A stretch of DNA of 32,000 nucleotides, from positions 870,001 to 902,000 of the forward strand of contig NZ_CP047960.1 of NCBI RefSeq assembly GCF_014280195.1. Reading direction: 5' to 3'. Source of the stretch: Synechococcus sp. A15-24. Lineage in GTDB: Bacteria; Cyanobacteriota; Cyanobacteriia; PCC-6307; Cyanobiaceae. Shown here one piece after another: positions 26,625-32,000 of the stretch; positions within the stretch are counted from its first letter, which is position 1, and every line of letters begins with the position of its first letter. The notes beneath the pieces were generated by a model. It saw nothing but the letters and a program-made list of their open reading frames with translations, was not told the origin of the DNA and ran no database searches. The position numbers and the translations under genes are program-made.

Positions 26625-27341
26625 ATGTCTTCAGGCTGGATATCGATGCCACGTGATCGGCAGCCTGAGGTCATGGACCAACCTGGTCTCGATCCTGCTG
26701 AGCATGTCCGAGCCCTTCAAGGTCTTCGACGGATTAATGCCATCAGTCGTTGTGTACCAGGCCTTTTGCGTTATTTAGAGAAGCTCGCTAGCGAAAGTCC
26801 CACGACTCAGTTGAGCGTGTTGGAGCTGGCTTGCGGAGGTGGTGATACGGCAATTGAGCTTGATGCGCTCGCTCGAAGACGTCACCTCAACATCTCGTTT
26901 CAAGCTTGTGACCTGAACCCTGAAGCTGTGCGGATCGCGCGCCGCAATGTTGCCAGATCAGAAAGTGGTGTTGGTGTGTTTGTTGAGGATGCTCTTGAAC
27001 CGTCTGGATCCAAGCAATTTGATGTGGTGTATTGCACACTTTTTGTTCACCATCTCGATCCACCCGATGTGGTGCGACTACTCAAAGGGATGGCAGCTAG
27101 GGCTCGTCGACTTGTGATTGTTGACGATCTGATTAGGAGCCGTCTTGGGTATTCCTTGGCTTGGATGGGTACGCGACTGCTGAGCCGATCTTGGGTGGTT
27201 CATCACGATGGACCTGTGTCAGTCAAGGGGGCTTACACCCCCACGGAGATTTTGGATCTCGCCTCTCGAGCCGGTTTGCGTGACTGTGTTCTGGAACGGA
27301 GCTGGCCAGAGCGCTACCGGCTCTGCTGGACACCCCACTGA
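26625..27341 (+). CDS. class I SAM-dependent methyltransferase
   Basis: Motif I VLELACGGGD, acidic loop ACDLNPEAV, and post-I/II motifs (FDVVYCTLFVHHL). Start preferred at ATG 26625 (MSSGWISMPRD...). Stop TGA 27339-27341 lies 1 nt before the next ATG. Confidence 0.85.
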   Translation: MSSGWISMPRDRQPEVMDQPGLDPAEHVRALQGLRRINAISRCVPGLLRYLEKLASESPTTQLSVLELACGGGDTAIELDALARRRHLNISFQACDLNPEAVRIARRNVARSESGVGVFVEDALEPSGSKQFDVVYCTLFVHHLDPPDVVRLLKGMAARARRLVIVDDLIRSRLGYSLAWMGTRLLSRSWVVHHDGPVSVKGAYTPTEILDLASRAGLRDCVLERSWPERYRLCWTPH

Positions 27342-27342
27342 C

Positions 27343-28488
27343 ATGCGAAGCAATTGGGATGTCATCGTGATTGGGGCAGGAGTTGCCGGAGGCTTGGCAG
27401 CCTTCGATTGTGCAAATCGCGGCCTGCGAGTTCTGGTGGTTGAGAAACGGTCCTTCCCCCGCTGGAAGGTGTGTGGTTGCTGCTTTAACGCCAATTCTCT
27501 GGCATCACTGAGTGCCACAGGCCTCCCGAACCTCATGCACGATCAAGGTGCTGTGCCTCTCGATCAACTTCGTCTTGGTTGGGGTGGTAAGTCGCTCAAG
27601 CTTGGTTTGCCAGGCGGTTTGGCTTTGTCAAGGGAGCGCTTTGATCAGGCTTTGGTCAACGCCGCTGAGGGTGCTGGCGCAACATTGCGCTTTCGAACCA
27701 GTGCCGTGCTTGAGGAGATGACTCCTGAAGGTCGAATGGTGCGGTTACGTCCTCCCAGTGGTGCTCCAGTGGAACGTATCAGTGGCCGTGTCGTACTGGT
27801 CGCAGCCGGCTTAGAGCACCAGGTGATTTCTCCATCTCATGCGGCCAGTTCCAAAAGCACCCCGGAATCGAGGCTTGGTGCGGGTTGCCTCATCGCCGAT
27901 GACGACGGAACTTACGAGTCTGGGACCATTCATATGGCCATTGGCCAGCATGGCTACGTCGGCTTGGTTCGCCGTGAAGATGGTGCTCTGAACTTGGCTG
28001 CTGCTTTCGACCGCGCTGTGGTCAAGTCTTCCGGCGGTGTGGCGCGTGCGGCACAACTTGTTCTGACTCAAGCCGGCTTCGCCTTGCCTCGATCTTTGGA
28101 GTCGTCTCGCTGGCAATTAACCCCCGCACTGACCCGTCGTGCCGGTGCGTTTGCAGGGCATCGCTTTTTGTTGCTCGGCGATGCGACAGGTTACGTGGAG
28201 CCTTTTACCGGTGAGGGAATGGCCTGGGCTCTTGCTGCGGGTGCGTCGGTTGCTCCCTTTGTTGAGGAAGCTCAGGGGGAATGGACAGTGGATCTGGAGC
28301 GGCGTTGGCGAAGAAGGCTGGTGGATCTGACGATCAGTCGTCAGCGCGTGTGCAGTGTGTTGTCGACTGTGTTGAGACAACCGCTCACCACAACCGCATT
28401 GTTCAGCCTCGGGTCTCAATGGCCTGCTGTACCGCAACGCATTATCAGCAGCCTCAATCGCGTGCATCCCCTAATGGCGAGGTCTTAA
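27343..28488 (+). CDS. FAD-dependent oxidoreductase, geranylgeranyl-reductase/flavin-monooxygenase fold
   Basis: DVIVIGAGVAGGLAAFDCANRGLRVLVVEK (GxGxxG + E), FPRWKVCG, and LLLGDATGYVEPFTGEGMAWAL (GD motif). Start at ATG 27343 rather than the track start at 27208. Confidence 0.85.
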   Translation: MRSNWDVIVIGAGVAGGLAAFDCANRGLRVLVVEKRSFPRWKVCGCCFNANSLASLSATGLPNLMHDQGAVPLDQLRLGWGGKSLKLGLPGGLALSRERFDQALVNAAEGAGATLRFRTSAVLEEMTPEGRMVRLRPPSGAPVERISGRVVLVAAGLEHQVISPSHAASSKSTPESRLGAGCLIADDDGTYESGTIHMAIGQHGYVGLVRREDGALNLAAAFDRAVVKSSGGVARAAQLVLTQAGFALPRSLESSRWQLTPALTRRAGAFAGHRFLLLGDATGYVEPFTGEGMAWALAAGASVAPFVEEAQGEWTVDLERRWRRRLVDLTISRQRVCSVLSTVLRQPLTTTALFSLGSQWPAVPQRIISSLNRVHPLMARS

Positions 28489-28491
28489 TCC

Positions 28492-29586
28492 ATGCCTCTC
28501 ATCCTTCACGGAATGGGTACGGCAGTACCAACTCAGCGATTGAGCCAGGCAGAAGCGGTGCAAGTGGCGCATCGCATCAATGCAGAAAGTCCTGAGCATT
28601 CAAGGCTGATGTCGCGCATCTATCAGAAAACCAAGGTTCTCACCCGTGGAAGTGTGCTCCTCGAGAATGATGGTCTCAATGGCACGAGCACGACCAAGGA
28701 TCGTCTCAGTTTCTACGGCTCAGAAAGCCCTGGGACGGCACGACGGATGCATGCTTATAACACTCACGCCGGTGGGTTGTCTCTTGAGGCTGCTACGAAG
28801 GCGCTATCTGATGGTGATATCTCATCAGGGGCGATCACCCACCTCATCACGGTCAGTTGTACTGGGTTTCATTCACCTGGTATTGACCTTTTCTTGATTG
28901 AAAAGCTTGATCTATCGCCGAGTGTTCAGAGGACACACATCGGATTCATGGGATGCCACGCTGCGCTGAATGGCTTGCGTGTTGCCCATGCCTTCGCGGA
29001 AATGGATCCAAAGGCGGTTGTTTTGGTTTGTGCTGTTGAGCTTTGTAGCCTCCATATGGCTTATGGCTGGCACCCAGAGAAGGTCGTTGCCAATGCTTTG
29101 TTTGCTGATGGGGCGGCTGCTGTTGTCGCCTCCTCGGATCCTTCCCTTTCTGATCAATCCTTGGTCTTGCGCCGCAGTGGCTCAACAGTGATTCCTGATA
29201 GTGCAGATCTGATGCAATGGGAGATTGGCGACCATGGTTTTGCGATGGGGTTGTCTCCCCTTGTTCCGGAAACGGTTGGTGCTGCCTTGTTGCCTTGGTT
29301 GCGAGATTGGCTCAAGGATCAGTCGATTGATCTTGAGGCGGTGACGAGCTGGGCTGTGCATCCTGGCGGACCCAGAATTCTCTCCACCTGTGCAGAGGTT
29401 TTGTCGTTGGACCCAGGCCTACTGCACGAATCCAGAGGCATACTTCAGGATCACGGCAACATGTCATCCGCAACGATCCTGTTCATTCTTGATCGATTGC
29501 GTCGGCGGTCAACTACTGGTCCTTGTCTTGCACTGGCCTTTGGCCCTGGGCTGAGTGCTGAGGTTGCACTTTTTGATTTTGAATAA
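28492..29586 (+). CDS. type III polyketide synthase (chalcone/stilbene synthase superfamily)
   Basis: Cys-His-Asn triad contexts are all present: ITVSCTGFHSPG, WAVHPGGPRIL, DHGNMSSATILFIL. Also C-terminal AFGPGL. ATG lies 3 nt after the upstream stop. Confidence 0.92.
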   Translation: MPLILHGMGTAVPTQRLSQAEAVQVAHRINAESPEHSRLMSRIYQKTKVLTRGSVLLENDGLNGTSTTKDRLSFYGSESPGTARRMHAYNTHAGGLSLEAATKALSDGDISSGAITHLITVSCTGFHSPGIDLFLIEKLDLSPSVQRTHIGFMGCHAALNGLRVAHAFAEMDPKAVVLVCAVELCSLHMAYGWHPEKVVANALFADGAAAVVASSDPSLSDQSLVLRRSGSTVIPDSADLMQWEIGDHGFAMGLSPLVPETVGAALLPWLRDWLKDQSIDLEAVTSWAVHPGGPRILSTCAEVLSLDPGLLHESRGILQDHGNMSSATILFILDRLRRRSTTGPCLALAFGPGLSAEVALFDFE

Positions 29587-29702
29587 CAGTCAATATTCGT
29601 TTTGCCTGTTTCACTGCCTGGGGAATTATCATCGCATCTGTACATATCTCTGATCGGATGATGTTGCTCGGCGATGTCACACTTGGGTGTCCCCAGAGGC
29701 GT

Positions 29703-29933
29703 CAGTGGCGTGAATCTTTTCAGTGATTTTGCTCTGCCTTGCCCCTTTCCTTCGACAGAATCACTGCATCGATGGGGAGTGTGGTGGCTGGAGCTGGTGT
29801 GAATCCTGCTCATCAGCGCTGGGGTTTCTGGCCGCTGCTGCCACTCGGTTTCATGTTGCAAGAATAGGTCGAAGCTGCTTGTCCTTGAGTCGTCTCTGGA
29901 ATTTTGTGCAACTGGGCAGGATGGGGTGCAACG
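29703..29933 (+). repeat. island junction repeat, copy C (contains both the A-like and B-like parts)
   Basis: See copies A and B. Copy C is the only one that matches both of the others along its full length. Confidence 0.8.
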
Positions 29934-30028
29934 ACAACCATCTCCTTACCTGAAAAATTCCTCCGGATTGAAAACGTGAATCTCGGGAAGCAGCAGAGTT
30001 TCTTGCATGGACTGAGAAGGAAGCCGCG

Positions 30029-30463
30029 TTAAAGCATTTCAGGACGCAATCTGCTGGGCCGATAAGAGATCAGGAAGGCCTGTTGGCCGGCAGCCTCTGA
30101 TTTCACGGCAGTGATCAGGTCTTCACCGGTGTTCCAGACCCAGACCTGGTCGTTATGGCTGTCGTGGTCGAGGCTGGTGCTTAGCGGTGGCCCATGTTGA
30201 GCGCGCAGGCCTGCAAGCACCTCTGTCATGTCATCAATGGCGAACTCGTAAGCCAGCTTCGTCAGCCCTTGTTCTGGGTCGACTTCAAACGTGGCCTGTG
30301 AAACGGGGAGTCGATCCAGAAACACATCTCTCTTGATGTAGCAACCGTCCTGCTCTTCGTTCAGGGCTTGGCCTTGACCCAGATGGATCGCCACTTGCTC
30401 GAACGGCATGCCCCATGCCAGCCCTTCGACGCAGGCGTCCACCCTGCCAGCGCTGCAGAACAA
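30029..30463 (-). CDS. hypothetical protein (orphan cargo)
   Basis: 144-aa ORF from a TTG start; an internal ATG gives MPFEQVAIHLG... No motif I can name. Sits alone between repeat copy C and the motif array. Confidence 0.45.
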   Translation of the reverse strand: MFCSAGRVDACVEGLAWGMPFEQVAIHLGQGQALNEEQDGCYIKRDVFLDRLPVSQATFEVDPEQGLTKLAYEFAIDDMTEVLAGLRAQHGPPLSTSLDHDSHNDQVWVWNTGEDLITAVKSEAAGQQAFLISYRPSRLRPEML

Positions 30464-30725
30464 AAGCAGCCCTACTTACGCCGTGATCAGAAGGTTCTGG
30501 AGTTGGTGCAGCACCTTCATGCGGCGATCAATCACTGTTCAGATTTTGTTGGTTCGTAGGGCCGTTGCCTACTGCCTTTTGAGGACAAGCCCCTTAACAA
30601 GTTCAATGTTGTGACGCCGCAGTTTGAGCAGTCTTGAAGCCCTTTAGCCCAGTTGAGGCTCGCCAGGCATCTAGGTGCACCTAAGCGAGGGTCTTCCTGG
30701 TCAGTTTCCCTATACCCCCCGCCAG

Positions 30726-30943
30726 TTGTCCCAGGGTGGGGTTTTTGAGTGCCTGACTGGGATTTACCCTGGGACAACCCATTTTTTTCAGAGGAGTTGT
30801 CCCAGGGTAGATGGGTACACCTATCTGTCTCAGAAGCGCCTGGGACATTTTCCGTCAATTCAGCCGATTGTCCCAGGGTTGTCCCAGGGTTGTCCCAGGC
30901 CTACTTCCCTTGCAACGACTGGATTTAACCCTACCTGGGACAA
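30726..30943. repeat. array of 8 copies of the 11-bp motif TTGTCCCAGGG in both orientations (iteron/operator-like)
   Basis: Forward copies at 30726, 30797, 30868, 30879 and 30890 (the last is 10/11). Reverse copies (CCCTGGGACAA) at 30767, 30838 (9/11) and 30933 (10/11). A partial copy, TTGTCCCGG, is at 31003. Three copies are head-to-tail with an 11-bp period (30868-30900). Confidence 0.9.
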
Positions 30944-31078
30944 AAATAATTCTCTGTCTCCCCGCGAGGCAGTCACGGCCCAATAAACCAAATTTCCGAG
31001 CCTTGTCCCGGTCGGTTCGGAATCGATCAAACCCTTCGCCTTAAGCCGCTGGAGCGATTTCCTGACCGCCGCGTCCAC
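30860..31078 (-). pseudogene. possible truncated winged-helix DNA-binding ORF whose 3' end runs into the motif array
   Basis: GTG-initiated 72 codons, VDAAVRKSLQRLKAKGLIDSEPTG..., resembling the recognition helix and wing of MarR/Rep-type wHTH. The frame is open for about 115 nt upstream with no start codon, suggesting a 5'-truncated remnant. The last 13 codons are encoded by the triple 11-bp repeat. Confidence 0.3.
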
Positions 31079-31377
31079 TTTCGGCCTACGGTTAGTGACT
31101 CCACCTCCTCGCGCCTCAGAGGCCCTTCTGCACGCAATAGAGCCCGCTCCTCTTGTGCGCTTCGATGTTTTGCAGATGTTGACCCGAGGGTTTAGCGCTG
31201 TTCAACATCTTTGGATCCCTGCAGGTGGCTTTCTGTTTGTTTAATAATTGATCTTGTTATGATGATTGCATCGATTTTTTGCATTGCTTGTGCTTCGAGT
31301 TGAGGTTGATGTTTAACTAATGTTGATTACCTCTTCCCTTGAAGCTTATTTGATACGGCCTTAACTGTAGAAAGCAA

Positions 31378-31749
31378 ATGACCTCACCTGTGATTGACGA
31401 TTTTTGTGTGGAAGATCTAAATGATGGGATCTATTCACTTAAGACTACCGAAATGTCTTCTGCTTGCTCAGTTGATAATGTGTCTGAGCTCGAGGAACTG
31501 GTGAGTCGAGAGTATAAGAATATTTGTTCTACATTGTGTTTAGATGACGATGGCGATCGACTCTTGCTGAAAGCTAAATGCTTAGCGCATGTTCAATTGC
31601 TTGGAGCTTTTTTTCATAATTACCAAAAATATTTATACAAGTCTTATGATCACGAGATGGCAAAGCATTTGTATGCTGATTGGTCTCGTCTAGGTATAGC
31701 ATTTAACGTAATTGCAAATGTTCAGAATTCCAGGTTGGGTGATGGTTGA
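31378..31749 (+). CDS. hypothetical protein in an AT-rich cassette
   Basis: 123-aa ORF with AT-rich codon usage unlike the host. No recognisable motif. Confidence 0.5.
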   Translation: MTSPVIDDFCVEDLNDGIYSLKTTEMSSACSVDNVSELEELVSREYKNICSTLCLDDDGDRLLLKAKCLAHVQLLGAFFHNYQKYLYKSYDHEMAKHLYADWSRLGIAFNVIANVQNSRLGDG

Positions 31750-31948
31750 GCCTACATTGTTTAGTATGTATGTATAAATGTTGGAATTACTCGATGACCG
31801 CTTTTGTTATGACATGATCAGCAGCAACGCTGGTCTGTTTCTCCCGGTACGGAGTGGCACAGGCTTAAGAATTTCTTTGCGTGGGGTTTCGTTTTTTGCC
31901 TCTTTGCGCTTTCAGTAGTTGCTAATAATATTCAGCTCTAGCAATTCA

Positions 31949-32000
31949 ATGGCATCGACGTCTAAATCATGGATGCGTACCCGTGAACTTGCTGAATATC
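31949..32000 (+). CDS. start of an ORF cut by the window end; possible excisionase/AlpA-type HTH
   Basis: ATGGCATCGACG... translates MASTSKSWMRTRELAEY. The TRELAEY segment resembles the first helix of MerR/excisionase-type HTH domains. Only 17 codons are visible. Confidence 0.2.
   Translation, partial: MASTSKSWMRTRELAEY

Larger units (their letters stand above)
25463..32000. mobile_element. mosaic accessory region / decayed integrative-element array, continuing beyond the window
   Basis: Three direct copies of a roughly 220-bp element, truncated ORF remnants, cassettes of differing GC (about 50% in the PKS operon, below 40% after 31.2 kb, from sampled 60-nt lines), and a binding-site array. 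No integrase or transposase is seen inside the window. Confidence 0.6.

Noticed and set aside
30868-30900. Tandem 11-bp repeats considered as a possible CRISPR or minisatellite.
   Set aside because: The units are contiguous with no spacers, far shorter than CRISPR repeats, and belong to a larger array of dispersed, bidirectional copies. There are no cas genes.
30532-31044. ORFs 30532-30858 (-), 30675-30986 (+) and 30811-31044 (+) across the motif array.
   Set aside because: Their sequences are dominated by translated copies of the 11-bp motif (for example PWDN and VPGL repeats), with no starts in a sensible context. The region is better explained as non-coding binding sites.

Overview
High-GC sequence (about 60% by eye) with gene content typical of a marine Synechococcus-type picocyanobacterium; this assignment is inferred, no search was run. 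Nt 1-25,460 is ordinary core chromosome, densely packed with many 1-8 nt start/stop overlaps. It encodes cdsA, an rlpA-like gene, a PLP decarboxylase, an ABC1 kinase, an OmpR-type response regulator and histidine kinase pair, a pseudouridine synthase, malQ, BciA-type divinyl reductase, an LCP protein, prs and rsmE. Within the core, 16.2-22.9 kb is a metal (probably zinc) homeostasis neighbourhood. It holds znuB/znuC divergent from znuA with a near-consensus Zur/Fur-type palindrome between them. Next comes a secreted His/Asp/Glu-rich protein carrying a perfect 57-bp tandem duplication, then a COG0701 permease + TIGR03943/DUF1980 + secreted-protein operon. From about 25.46 kb to the window end the character changes to a mosaic, lower-GC accessory region. 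A roughly 215-235 bp element occurs three times in direct orientation (about 25463-25680, 26110-26325, 29703-29933) and partitions the region into cassettes. One cassette is a tightly coupled methyltransferase / flavoprotein / type III polyketide synthase operon (26625-29586), resembling alkylresorcinol (srsABC- or hierridin-type) clusters. Downstream lies an organised array of at least 8 copies of an 11-bp motif, TTGTCCCAGGG, in both orientations with conserved spacing (30726-30943). The array overlaps a truncated winged-helix-like ORF, and the same TTGTCCC core occurs as an 11-bp-phased doublet inside the 3-copy element. The last about 800 bp is AT-rich with orphan ORFs. I found no rRNA, complete tRNA, CRISPR array, transposase or integrase in the window. 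All functional calls rest on motif recognition by eye and need database confirmation.
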